Positions 1 to 13,899 of a stretch of 64,000 nucleotides of DNA are shown here, piece after piece. A program made the translations under genes and the position numbers. The stretch lies in the NCBI RefSeq assembly GCF_009914755.1, contig NC_060938.1; one strand, given 5' to 3'. Numbering within the stretch: the stretch's first letter is position 1; each line of letters starts with the position of its first letter. The notes below the pieces were generated by a model, which was given only the letters and a program-made list of their open reading frames with translations, was not told where the DNA came from and did not search any database. Origin of the DNA: the human T2T-CHM13v2.0 reference genome, Homo sapiens.

Positions 1-914
1 GCAAGTACTTGCTGGTATCCTTGTGACTTTCCCAACTAACTGATTTGAAATTTTATGGATCTGAGGGTAATTTGTTGGTGGCATATATATATTTTTTAAT
101 CCAGAAAGCTTGGGCTTGTAAAACTTGAGCTGCAAATTTTTATTTGCCCAGCGTACAAGAATTTGGGGGATGAAAAAGGATCTAGACCAACTTTCTTAAT
201 TTATAGAAACAGAAAAACTGAGGTCTAGATATTTGAAATACACATAGCTCTCATCAGGGCAGGTATGGTCTAAATCTCATAGGAAAGAATCAGAATTAAC
301 CATTCTTAAACTAAGTTTTATTGATTACTCACACATTCATTGGAGTCACTCTCATTATTATGATTTAGAAAATATTACCTAGAAACTCCAGTCCATCACT
401 GTGGGAAGTCAAGCTCCTTTCCCAGAATATCTGCACATTTCCAGGGCTCACATTCTTATGCCCACCACTGACTCCAGGTTCCAGCTGCTCACCTTGGTTC
501 CATTTGAGGATAATCATATCGTCCCTCACATTATGTTACTGCTCCATGGTGCATTGGCCTACACTTGGAACTCAGAACTTTGACATAATTCTGTCCCCGC
601 CACACACACACAGAAAAAGACCAAAGCAAGCAGTAAATAAAATATAAAAAGACTCATTTATAAAAAGCCTTTTTGGATTTATCAAACTTTGCTGGGGTTT
701 AGGTAAGATTGAGATGATTTATTATTGCAACATCTTACTACTGAATATTGGACAGTCTTCATCTTAAAATGCCCCTTGCTCCTTGTTGCAAGTAAGGCTG
801 AGTCCCCAGCCACATTGCCCTGGATGCTCTTTCTTTCTCTTCCTGCTCCTGTTTCCTTTTCTAAAAGTCTCTCTCTTCTCAGGAACAAAATACAAGTTCT
901 TCTATGTTCCCTTT

Positions 915-1735
915 GTATTAATTGATATATAATTCATATAACATACAATTCACCATTTTAAAGTGTGCAATTGAATGGTTTTTAATATATTCACAAAGGT
1001 GTGCAACAGTCACTACTATATAATTCTAGAATATTTGCACAACTCCAAAAGGGAACCTCATACTCTTTAGTAGTCCTCAGTCCCCTAGCTCCCAGTTCTT
1101 GGCAACCACTAATCTACTTTCTATCTTTGGATTTGCCTGTTCTAAACATTTCATATAAATGGAATCATTCAATATATGGTCTTTTGGTTCTGCCTTCTTT
1201 CACTTAGTGTAATGTTTTCAAGGTTCATCCACATTGTAGCATATATCAGTACTTCTTTCCTTTTTATGACTGAATAATATTCCATTGTATGGACATACCT
1301 CATTTATTTACTCATTTATCAGTTGATGGACATTTGGTTTGTTTCTAACATTTGGCTATTGGAATAATGTTGCTGTGAACATTTGTGTACAAGTGTTTGT
1401 ATGAACATATATTTTCAGTTCTCTTGGGTATATACCTAGGAGTAGAATTGCTGGGTCATATGGTAAGTTGATGTTTAACTTCTTGAGAAATTGCCAAATT
1501 TACGCCTACATTTTCTTCTAAGAATATTATAGTTTTAGCTCCTATAATTAGGTCATTGCTTCATTTTGAGTAAATTTTTGTAGGTAGTGTGAGGTAGGGG
1601 GTCTAATTTACTCTTTTGCATGTGGATATCTAGTGTCCCAGCACTATTTGCTGCAAAACTTTTCTTTCCTCATTGAATTGTCTTGGCACTCTTGTTGAAA
1701 ATTGACTAACCACTAAATGTGTAGTTTTACCTCTA
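915..1735 (-). mobile_element. L1MB-type LINE-1 3' end plus ORF2 tail, with internal deletion near 1500
   Basis: Antisense L1M 3'UTR motifs (caaccactaatctactttct, tcaaggttcatccacattgtagc, ctcttgggtatatacctaggagtagaattgctgggtcatatggta), then ORF2-end motifs (tgtggatatctagtgtcccagcacta). Confidence 0.85.
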
Positions 1736-2371
1736 TGTTCTTAAGCAGAACAATTCCACAATCTCCAGCCCTCACCTCCAAATTTAGCTCAGGATATTCC
1801 TTTGCACACCTACGGATTTAGCTGAAGCATAAAAAATATTGTTCACAAGTATGCCTCTGATTAAAGTCTTAGACAAGAATTACCCTCTAACACACTGGGA
1901 ATGAGGAGTGAAGAGGAAAGATGGTTTGTCCTTCTAGTTACACAAGAATTAACAATACAATACAGTAGCCAAGAGGATGATCAGACAGTCATACTAGTTG
2001 TGTAAAGATTTGGGACAATAATCTAGTCTCTTTGAGCCTTAGTTACTTTTTGCAGTATATATCTCATAGTATTTCCATGTAGAAATTCCTTCTCAGAATT
2101 TCTCAGTAAATGTGTGTTTTCATTAATCTTGCATTCCATAAAAATCAATTGAGAAATCAGAAAAACAGGAAAAACTATCACAGTTCTTCTGTGAGAATTA
2201 AAGCTTAATAATCAACATAGAAGTGTTATGAGCTTTAAGACAGCCACCAATGTCACAGTGAAAGCAAGAACAAGAACTGCTGACCCTCAGAGTTGAAAGT
2301 TAAGGTAAGCATTTCTGGAAATGAGACAGTCCCATATAGGAGAAAAGCAGCCACCATCCAATCCTGATCAG

Positions 2372-2630
2372 CATTGTATGGCTATTGAGTACTTGAAATG
2401 TGGTTAGCCTGAATGAAATGAGCTATAAGCGTAAAATATGAATTAGATTTTAAAGTCTTAGTATGGAAAAAAGAAGGTAAAATATCTCATTAATAATTAT
2501 TATATTGATTACATATCAAAATTATAATGTTTTGGATATATTAGGCTAAATGACGTATTATTTTTGCCTTTTCCCTCCTTTTTAATGTTACTCCTAAAGA
2601 ATTTAAAATTATAGAGGTAGCCAGCATTTG
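2372..2630 (-). mobile_element. MER33 (hAT-Charlie MITE)
   Basis: gctattgagtacttgaaatgtggttag...aaaatatctcattaataat...ttttggatatattaggctaaa matches reverse complement of recalled MER33 consensus. Confidence 0.75.
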
Positions 2631-2637
2631 TGGCTGA

Positions 2638-3552
<915 letters not shown>

Positions 3553-6500
3553 CGTGTTATAAGAGCTTGTTTGTGATCTTCTCTGTGACTAAGGGTGAGT
3601 CATTCTTATAAATAAAATAAATGTCTATAAGTTCATATGCATCGTATACTTTATACAAATCCTATGAACGGTGTTTCAAGAAATAACACATTTGGAAGAA
3701 AATAAGTCCTTAAATTAGCAATTTTGACATATCAGTTCGTGTAGTGTTGTTAATCTTGCTAGGGAGTCCAAATGTTAGGTTTGTTAGCATTATCTCATAA
3801 TTTTTGCAGGCATTTTCTAATTTTTGAATATTAACTATAAACCACATCTTTGTAAATACTATAAAATATTAAAAAATAAAAACAAGCCAACAAAACAAAA
3901 CAATCCCACCAACCCACAAAAAAAACCCCACTAAACCAAAAAAAGCTAAACAACTAAAATATTAAATATTACTTCTCTCTTGGTAAATACTAGTAAAATA
4001 CAGAATAACTTATGATTTCAGAAATTTCTAAGATTTTCTGGGGATTCTAATTTTTTTTGTTTTCAATTCCCAAAGATTAATATCCATTGGGATTTTGGAA
4101 GCACTGGTTAGTCTTGTTATAAGGATTAAATAAACTAACAAAACAAAGGACTGAGCCTACGGCCTGCAGTTTGGAAAGTGTCGAATACATGGTTGTCATT
4201 ATTAGTATCAGTCTTAGACACATAAATAATGAGCATTAATGAATTTAACTACATTTTAATCTGAATTTATACACAATAGATGAGAGGAGAATGGGGGAAT
4301 TTTAAACAATTGGTTAAGATGAAAGTCAAAGGTAAATCCGCAACCTGAAGATATTTTGACTTATGGAATATTTTGATTTATTAAATAATTTTTTGAAAGA
4401 ATCACTGGGATAAGTAGTAAAGGCACATGTTGGGGCTCAAAGATGAGGTAATAACAAGGCAAATGATAACCATTTCCTCAAAACCCATGTCTATCCTCTT
4501 ATAAGAGTTGAAATTGAGTTTGAACAATTTGATATGATTTGCTTGTCACTAACAGAAAAATACTTTGCAGTACCTAGCAAGCAACACACTTTCTGTAACT
4601 TAACCACAGAAACAATATCTACTCTTCCTCTGCTTACTATGGGGAAGGTTGCAGTTAAGGTTAAAAGAAAAGAACAAAGAGGTGAAATGGATTGTGATTC
4701 CATGTCTTAACTTCCTTCATTTCCTCTGGAGTAGCTTATTTTCTCCTATTCATCCAGCCATATTATCCTCTCAAATCTGAACCTCAAGTTTTCCTGGAAA
4801 AGTTGTTCCTGATGAACTCCCCTTGTTCTTGTCAATTTCCACTCAGTCCTCATGGACTTTTTCAGTTGTGTGTTTTCACTTGGAATAACCACCTTCGAAA
4901 TCTTGTGTGTTCTTTGGTCTGCAGGTGCCACTTCTCCCTCATTAGATTATGGGGTCCTTTGGCAGAATAACAAGGCAAGTTTTTTGTTTGTTTCTTTAGT
5001 TTTAATTCACACCGTTCTACACACAAATGGTAATTAACATTGAGTATGTGATGAGAGTCAAGACTTCTGAAAAGATTCCTTTATAACTAAGTCCATTTTT
5101 TTGAATTTTGGAATATTCTAGCTCCTGCTGAAATGGAATAAATTTGGTGGAATTTCACCGTCTTAGGACTTTGGGGCTCCTATAAGTCATTATTCCACCT
5201 CTGCCCGTCTTGTGTCCTCCATGTAGGACACACAGTGTACATTTTAGCAGGTATCAGCAAATCCCACACATACGGTTTCTTCCAACCCTTTACATGAACA
5301 GAAAGTATTTCCATTCATATTAATTCAACCTTGAACCTATTTTAGAAGCAGCTGGAAAAAGCCACATTTATCTTTGCCATTATGCAACCAGCTAAGAATT
5401 AAGGAAATCGTGTGGTTAGACAATCGCAAAAAAGACCCAGCTCATTAGAGATGGGCAAACCTTGAAAGAGTTGGTTCTGAGAGGGCCCCTGAAGTTTGGC
5501 TCCTTCCCTGAAATTAATAACCTGTACATGTGGCACAGGATCTCTCAGGAGGTTATTGCCTCGTGAGGTTATCACCCTTTTGCCTGTAATTGTCTTTCCC
5601 AGCGAGGGCTCCGTCATGGGAGAATTCAGACTAATAGCATTACGCTGTTACTGTGGCAGTCTCCTTACCCAGCCCCATCCTCCCTTTTTTTTTTTTTTTT
5701 TTTTTCTCAGAAATGATGGACCTTTTGTCCAAGCAAAAGGAGAAAATTTAGAACAGGAAAAAGCCCACAGGGTCAAATCTTTCTTGTTATATTGTGGGGA
5801 TGGTCCTATGCTAAGCTGTGTAAATAAAGTAGGATGTTGCTGCCACTGATGATGATGACTTCTCTGGAGAAAACCATCGAGTGCCCTTTAAAACAAAGAA
5901 TTAGACATGGTCTCTGGTGAGGGGATTTGCTAGGCCTGTGACAGGTGGTAATTTCAAAGTGAGGTCTGTGCACAGAGGGAGGCCTTGAGAACATTGGAGA
6001 CAAAGTGTTATATGACCTCAAATGTTTCTCTGGCTTGCTTTCTCTCTCTCTTTCTCTTTTGAGCTGCAAGTAGCTTCTGGAGAGCCAGTTCCATTCAGGA
6101 ATTTCAAGAATCCATGAATTCTCCTGTTACCAAAGTCCTATCTTTTAACATTATCTACAGCCAATTGTTTCACTACAGTAAAATGAATCCAGCGTGGAAA
6201 GTGGTCAGGGTATGAAAAAGCCCATGAAGTGAGCCTACAGGACCTGTCCTCCATGTCCACCATCTCTCTGTGCTATCGTTGTTTTCTCATTCTCATAAGT
6301 GCAAGTATCAGAAATCAAGGAGACTTGCTTTTACATGTAATTATCTTTTGGTTTGCTGGTAGGCTTTATTTCTAATTTATTTGCTTGAGTCTTCAAATGT
6401 GTAGCCATTATGGGCCATGAAACTTCACGTCTGATCATTTGGAAATTTAGTACCCTTTGAAACAAAGAAAATTAAAACAACAACAATAAAAACATTGTCC

Positions 6501-7639
6501 AATTTCATTCACAATGAAAATATCCCTCAGTAATTTGCAGGAAATGAAAAGTATTATCAACAGAATATGCTTTTCAAAAATTTATAATCCTTTAAACGGG
6601 CAAATCCTTTCTCCGGGATTAGTAGCATGGTTTGTGTCCTAGGAGCCAAATCCTATTCCCTAATTCAATCCTCAAATCCTTTCTAACAGTGCCTATATTG
6701 ATTTCAGACCCAGTTTTGTTTTAAAATTCAAGGACAGAATTTGGTCCTGTGTTTAGAGGTCCTTAATAAGGATTTTTTAAAAATGAAGTTTGTCTGAAAC
6801 TTAGCCTCTTGTTCCAAAAGTTAAATACTGATGTCTCAATAATATAACAGATGTGCTTAATTTCTAGGTCATCCTTTGTTTTTCCCATACCTAGCTGAAC
6901 TCATACCTCCCTATATGGAGGAGCAACCTAGAAGGTTGGTGTTGCTCTCCAAAAGTTACTGGTGACTCCAGGTATTTCCTTAATCCCAAATGCTAGCCTT
7001 GAGTCTGAGTACAGTTGATCTTCCTACGATATGTTTAGTGTTCTAAGGACTTAGTCTTTTTGAACTCATTGCACATGTATATTATACATATTTATATGCA
7101 CAGGTGTTAGACACTCTGACAAGACATATAACTGGTATTCTGAACATCTATGGGAAGATGAAAATTATTGCTCATAATGATGATGCATACTTAGTGAAGA
7201 TAGTAAAAATCCTAAATTGACCTTTCAAATCACCTACAAGTGCTTATATGAGCAGCACAGTTTTAGTGAATGTGTTCTATTAAATATTATTTGAAAAATA
7301 ATTATTGGTGCATGGTACATATGATAGCTCTCTATAAAGCAGAATGTTTGTTTAATCAGAACAGATAATTCTTTACCTAGAAAAGGTATCTAAATTTGCT
7401 CTAACTGCCTTACAAAGTTTTGTCTGAGAAAAAAACTAATATATACAAAAGTGCTCTGAAACATAACATTAACTACATTAATTCAGGAAACCAGAGATCA
7501 GAAAGGCGGTAGGAGGACAAACAAAACGTGGCTATATCATGAATGCCTAGAAAAAAGGGAATTTTTAAAAGTTCACTGGTAGTAGTACAGATTATATAGT
7601 ATATACAGTTAACTGTATAATTATATATGCAGTTTGTAT

Positions 7640-7880
7640 AGTAAAAACATTATTGGGTGCATACTGTGAGCCAAGCACTGAATGAAAATATTTATAGAAA
7701 TTGTGTTGTTTAATTCTCAGAACAATCTTGTGGAAGTAGGTATTATTATCATTACCATTTTACACTCAAGGAAAATGAAGCTTAATTAACAAGGAGTAAC
7801 TTGCCCAAGATCACACAACTAAGTGACTCAGCCTGGATTTGAATCCACATATGCCAAACTTCAATCCCCATGTTCCTGAC
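7640..7880 (-). mobile_element. MIR SINE
   Basis: tattattatcattaccattttac...gaaaatgaagctt...taacttgcccaagatcacacaactaagt...cctggatttgaatcc. Confidence 0.85.
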
Positions 7881-7929
7881 CCCACCCCCTGTGGCTTCTT
7901 TGTCCTTCCCCAGTCTTGTCTTTCAATAA

Positions 7930-9490
7930 TGTGCTCTATCCCCACACTCTGCTCTGCCAGTTTCTAACAATCTCCTAATGGACAAATCCAGTGATAACCT
8001 TTGGTCTCAGTCCTCCTTGAATTCTGTGTTATCTGCTCTGAAATATAATAATGATAATACATACACATGATACGGTAGAGTTTTTGCAAAAACAATTGCA
8101 GTAATATGGCAACTACTTCAGACATAATGTTTGGTTATTAAAATAGAAAGCTGTTCATGGTCAAGGTTAGAAGCTCATGTGGTATGACCTTGGATAAGTT
8201 GTTTCCCACAGCTATGCTTTCTTCTGTTGTAAAACATCAGTGATAGTACTTGCCTTACTTGGTTGCTGAGAAAACTTACTATGGCAATGCCTATAAAACT
8301 GTACTATGCTAGCTTCATCACTAGCGTTCAGTAATCATTATTATATAACATCGCAAGTTTGTTAGGATTATTGTTTGTAAGTATACTGTGTAAAGTCTTC
8401 TTTCTCCTTGACCTCCATGGCATAGCTGTGTTTTGTCTTTCTATCTCTCTGATAGTTCTCTCACTGTAGCACCTTTAGTAGACTTCCTTCTGCCTCTCTT
8501 CTGCATATTTTTCAAGACTTGATTCTTGGTTCTCTTTCCTCTGACATCTCCAGGATCTTACACTCATTGACTGTCCTTCTGATAGTAATGCCCTGTCATC
8601 CCACCTCATGCCCACCAAGCCACTCTATGTCCTCCAATTCCTAATCTGTGCCTGTTTCCCAAATCTGTCAACACCTCTGTCTTCACTTTGTTCTTTCTTA
8701 GCCCAAGTCAGCTGGAAAAATCTTTTGGTGTGAAAAGTCCCCTGCTCCAGACTTGACTCTTCCAAACCTATGATCCCTATACATACTATTGTTAACCATT
8801 TCCGAAAGTGAATCCTTACAAGAAGTTGTTCTTGGATCCAACACAGATCCCTGCTATCGGACCTCAGTTGGGCATCCAGGGTTAATGGGATATCCTTTTC
8901 ATCATGGAGAATTAACGCTGTATCATATCCCCCATAATTGTAGTAATAAATTTTCCCATGTTCCTTAAATGCCCAAAGAGACTTCTGTCTCCTTACTCCT
9001 ATGGACTTCTTTACCAAGAAAATAAAAAACATCTGATCTGAGCTCTTTCCCATTCACTGTTTCCCATGATTACTCTGCCAGTGTTTTTAATCTCATTCCC
9101 CTTTAAACTCCTCTGGAATCTTCATCAGTTATATCCCTTACTTTCTATACTTCTTTAAAATTTCTCCTTCTCCAGTGCCTCCTTTCTAATCAGTTGTGTT
9201 TTTCATATAGTGAAGATTTTTTTTTTAACCTGCTAACATCTCCAGGTATCATCTGCTTGTTTCTTTGCCTCCCAAATTCCCTAGAGAGCAACCTCCTTAA
9301 CCTCCAGTAATCTCATTCCCCAGTATTTCTACTGAAATTGGTTTTTTGAAGGCCACCAGGGTCCCCTAAGCCATCAAACCATTGTCCTTTTCTTATCTTG
9401 CATTCTTAGTTCTCCTGATGTTTATGTCCTTGTCATGTGTCCCTTTTTCCTTACTTTCTCTTCCATGGCACTGCGTGGTTCAGTCTCCTT
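7930..9490 (+). mobile_element. Scattered L2 ORF2 fragments
   Basis: Pyrimidine-rich L2-like tracts (tctcctaatggacaaatccagtga; ctccttgacctccatggc; ctactgaaattg...aaggccacca). Discontinuous. Confidence 0.5.
8175..8345 (+). mobile_element. MIR SINE (degenerate)
   Basis: tatgaccttggataagtt...gtaaaa...tgatagtacttgcct...ttgctgag. Confidence 0.6.
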
Positions 9491-9804
9491 AGCAGCTTCT
9501 CTCCAATCTAATTTAATCAACAGATATTCAGTATTCACTCATTTCAACTGAAATTGATTAAAAAACCAAGATATCTTTTGGCTAATCTGCCAGTATGGGA
9601 TATAGCTGATAGCCACATTGTCACCAAATTATTAAGCTTTCTTTTTCTAAAACTAATCGGCTGAAATAATGAATTACATTCCCTTCAACTCCTGGAGTTG
9701 AAGATTTGATGGATGGTAATGATTAATTTCTTTGAAATAATCTCACAAAAGGTGCTTTGTGCACTGTTCTAACCCAAATGTCTAGAACAGTGCATGGTAC
9801 ATCT

Positions 9805-10038
9805 TATTTTAATTTAACAAATAATATATAACGTGTGTTATGTGCCAGGCACTATTCTAAGTGCTTTACAAATATTAACTCACTGAATCCTGAAGACATC
9901 CATATAAGGTGGATATTATGGTTAATCCCATTTTACAGATGAGGAAACTGAGAGACAAATAACTAACCCAAGGTTATATAGCCAGCAAGTGACCCAGCTA
10001 TGATTCGAACCCAGGCAGTATGGTTCCAGGTTCCATGC
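9805..10038 (-). mobile_element. MIR SINE nested in an L2 3' end (L2 ~9750-10070)
   Basis: tgtgccaggcactattctaagtgctttaca...cccattttacagatgaggaaactgag...gattcgaacccaggcag; L2 tail tctagaacagtgcatggtacat resumes as catgggtactcaataag. Confidence 0.85.
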
Positions 10039-10638
10039 TACATGGGTACTCAATAAGTGATTACTGATGGGAAAAACCGTTTGCAGAAGTTACTTTCTGA
10101 CTGTCTTTGAAAGCTAATTTAAGATTTTTATTCTCATTTAAATTATTTCCAGTATTTTGTGTGTTTGTGCTGCTTCCCACAATCACTTGAGACAAAAATT
10201 GTTTCTTAATATTTGGATATAAAAATGTATCAGTGGGACAAGGTACTTGGATTTCCAGATAACAAAACCATTTCAGAGTTTCCATCTGTGTTTTTGCTCT
10301 CATAGTTGGGGATCTCTGGAGAAGGTACCCTGCAGCAGCCGCTGCCCTCTCAAGGCACCTCTGTATCTGCTACTTCTTTAGAAGGTTTCAGCACACAAAC
10401 TACCCTTCCTGCAGAGAGGGAGTGTCTTTGGTGGCAGGAAGTCCTGTGATGTTGGCACTGCTCTCTGTGAAACAGAGGGTTAGACATTCTTTTGTCAAGC
10501 AGCTCTTTTTTTGGGGGAGGCGGGGGCATGTACTAGCCACTGTCCCTCTTTCCATCTTGTTTGCATACCTTGTGTAAGTAGATAGCACTTCTAAAATCTC
10601 ATGCATCAAGGAGTCTGTCTTTGGCTAAAAGAAAATCT

Positions 10639-10957
10639 GGCCAGGCGCGGTGGCTAACGCCTGTAATCCCAAAACTTTGGGAGGCCGAGGTGGGTGGATC
10701 ACCTGAGGTCAGGAGTTCGAGACCAGCCTGGCCAACTTGGGGAAACCCCGTCTTTACTAAAAATACAAAAATCAGCCGGGTGTGGTGGCACACACCTGTA
10801 ATCGCAGCTACTCAAGAGGCTGAGACAGGAGAGTCGTCTTGAACCCGGGAGGCAGAGGTTGCAGTGAGCCGAGATCCCACCATCACTGTACTCCAGCCTG
10901 GGTGACAGAACAAGACTCCCTCTCAAGAAAAAAAAAAAAAGAAAAAGAAAAAGAAAA
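10639..10957 (+). mobile_element. AluSx
   Basis: Full dimer with ggatcacctgaggtcaggagttcga, A-rich tail, aaaagaaaa flank on both sides. Confidence 0.95.
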
Positions 10958-12399
10958 CCGACCACAGTAGCTCACTGTTTTCCTGCTGATTACCAGTTTT
11001 TCTACTACATTATCCTGTCCTATAATTCCTTAGCACACACATGAACTGTATGAACAAGACATGCTGTGATTTCTAAATCATTCATGGCATCTTCATGTTT
11101 GTTCCATTGACAATGACAATTATGTGACACCATTTTTTCTTAATTTTTTCATTCTGTAAATGTGTCTTTGAAAAGATTTACTGCAGTGATCAATGTTTGG
11201 GAACCAGAAATACCTCAGGAACTGGGTAAAGCAGAAACCCACTTGAATTCGTAATTAGTCCTAAATGCTGCCAAACTTAAAAATAAGACTCCTGGTTGTC
11301 TCTGCTTGTCTAAATATCTGCTCCATGACACACAGAAGAATTACATTTAACAATGTCACTTTTTTGTGAAGAGAATGTAACTAGGAAAAAGTTTTTCACT
11401 AGTGCAGTAATTATTTGAAGATTAGAATTATAACAAACCCAATCTCTTTTATTCTGTCTTGTATTACTATTTAAATTTTTATAAGCTTGCATGTGTTTGA
11501 AAAAGATCCAGCATTCTTCCTAATTTACTGAGGAAATGTACTTTCTCTTAACATTTATGCTGCCAAACTCTATTCTTTTATAGTTATGTAGTAGAAAGTT
11601 ATAATTAATTTTTTACAGAAATTACTAGCTATTATAATTATAATTAATTAGTAAAGCATGTTACTTTTACAATCATTAATATATTTTGTATTTCAATTGA
11701 CTGATATTAGGTTGTTTAGTACAGTCAGTTGCTTTACTAATTAATCTTATAGCATTTATGTTATGTGCTATAGCATAAAACAAAACAATGTCTTTTAAAA
11801 ACTCCAATGGATATTGAGAATACTTACCCATACTTGAAAGTGAATATTGAGATATTAAAATTAAATCTGATCATGTCATATCTATATTTTGGTGTCAAAT
11901 ATCCTTGTATGAAATGATAATAAGGATTGTCCTTTCTAACATATTTACTTCTCAGAATAAAAAGCTGGCACATCTATTTTAAAAATTACTCCAAATGACA
12001 TGGCTTTGTCATCTTCCTAGCATTGCTGAGCTCATCAAATAAGATTTTAAGCTGCACAATCACAGGATCACTGACCATTTACAACTTCCAGGATACTAAA
12101 AAAGGACACTGAAGTAGGTGTTTGGCTTTCTAGAAGCCAAGGCTGAAGCTGATGCCAGATACTAGATTTAGTCTGAATCTGATGTTCAATGCATATCTAA
12201 AATTTATGTTTTTCTTCCCAGATTCACAGCTTCCATCTTCTTCTAGGTCTTGACTCTCTTGGTGTCTTCATTCCTAGGTTCTCTTTTCTAAGCTTCTATA
12301 GATCTTATGTGAGGTCATCTGACATTTAGTTATTATATTTCTTTTCACTTTCAGTGTCTTGCATTTTTGGCTTCATTGTCTTGCATGGTCATTCAATTT

Positions 12400-12550
12400 T
12401 TGTGTGCATACTTCGATTATTTCCAGCTCAGTAACAAACTACTTGAGATTAAGCATGGACATTATTTTCTTTAGATTCTTTACTGCCCTTAATGCTGTAC
12501 GGCTGAGAGCTCCATAAAGAACATATGCTTTGTGAGTGAATAAATGAATG
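12400..12550 (+). mobile_element. L2 3' end (degenerate)
   Basis: aaactacttgagattaagcatggac...ends tgagtgaataaatgaatg. Confidence 0.5.
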
Positions 12551-12867
12551 ACATAATTCAGCTTTTACTGAACATCCAGAGGGGGAATAGTTGTTGTGTC
12601 TGTCTTGTGGAGAGGAAGTCTTAGTGCTGAGAAATTTTGCCAAGCTTACTGTCCCATGAATTATCATAATATGACAAACTGGCTTGGAGCTGAGTCATCC
12701 ATGCCATGTCCATGTTATTAGATCTTGTGACATGGGAAATCTGCAAATGTTAGATCACAAGTACAACTAAATGAGTGTGGGTCTGTGCATGTATAAATAT
12801 TCTGTTTCAAAGATCTCTTAATAAAGAACATGTACATGGGTTTATAGGCCCCAATTAAATGATATAA

Positions 12868-12947
12868 AATGAAAGTGACAGAGCCAGGATTTGAACTTAA
12901 GCAGTCCTGCTCCAAAGTTCCAGTTTTTAATTGCTCCACTCCACTGC
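12868..12947 (-). mobile_element. MIR 5' fragment
   Basis: aagtgacagagccaggatttgaacttaagcagtcctgctccaaag. Confidence 0.7.
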
Positions 12948-13204
12948 ATCTTTATGAGGTACACACAGAATCAGAGTAATCATCATCTAACCTTCATGGG
13001 CTCCATTAGCTTAGAAAGAAGCTCAGCTTAATGTCCTAGGCAGTGCCACAGCACCCCTGCCAGGAGTCAGATACTCATTTCCAGACCACCAGAAGCTAGT
13101 CCTGGAGGAAAGACCACATGTAGTCTCTAACTGAAGTTCTGGAAGAAGTTGAGGTGCCCTCAGTCAGGTGTGTGGGGTGGTTCCGAGTCAGTCTGAAAGG
13201 CCAG

Positions 13205-13315
13205 CAGAGTGACCATATAATTTACCATCCAAAGCAAGATTCTTCTGACAGTGAAAGGAAACTCTGTAATAATTATGCTGAGAATACAAACATAAGCTGG
13301 GACCACCCCAGGCAG
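13205..13315 (+). mobile_element. MER94 (hAT-Blackjack MITE)
   Basis: agtgaccatataatttaccatccaaa...gtgaaagg...taataattatgctg...gggaccaccccaggca resembles recalled MER94 consensus. Confidence 0.75.
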
Positions 13316-13899
13316 TTTTAGGTTTCTGAGTCTGGGAAACCTCCAAGGAAAAAAAAAATGTAACTAAACTTAATAAATTTGGTAAGACAATGATCCGAAA
13401 CAGAATAAAATTGGGAAAAGGACAGTCTACCTAGGGATAGAATCCTAATACAGTTAACAATGTATAGAAAAGAAATGGGCAAAGTGCGTATGACAGATGA
13501 AATAGTGGGGCAACAAAGTGCTTAAGTCTCTGACCTGGTAATCTGCTTATAATAGAATAGAAAATCAGTCGTCCTGAGTTGTCATTATATAAGTTTAAAA
13601 AAAGTATCTAGACAGGCAGAGCAATATGGAAGTGAGAATAAGCCAAGAGAACAAATGAAGCTGAGAACAGATTTCCAACAACTATTCTCTAGGTGAGGCC
13701 CGAATGACTCTAATAACAGGTGAGGACATCACTACAGGAACTCTTAAACAAATTTTGTGTATCACAAGCTCAGGGTGAACTTTAGGGAGCAAGTCTGGGT
13801 CAGCCACATCTGTATCTTCCTGGTGCCAAGACTGTTCCATGTTCTTGTCAGATGATGTGCAGGTATTTCTTCTTAGCTGTCTGAGTTTTCTGAAACTTT

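Noticed and set aside
901-1740. tctatgttc on both sides of the L1MB as a TSD
   Set aside because: Only 9 bp, and the right copy may be L1 sequence itself.
2296-2312. Strong donor-like AAG|GTAAGC
   Set aside because: No matching upstream acceptor or ORF.
8625-9053. Longest ORF (142 aa, minus strand)
   Set aside because: No recognisable domain; lies among L2 remnants; length is within chance range.
10599-10965. Alu-derived ORFs (also at 2.7, 16.7, 18.7, 39.6, 46.7, 50.3, 60.2 kb)
   Set aside because: Standard Alu translation artefacts.
12695-12765. Short direct and inverted 7-mers suggesting another patchwork
   Set aside because: Matches too short to separate from chance.
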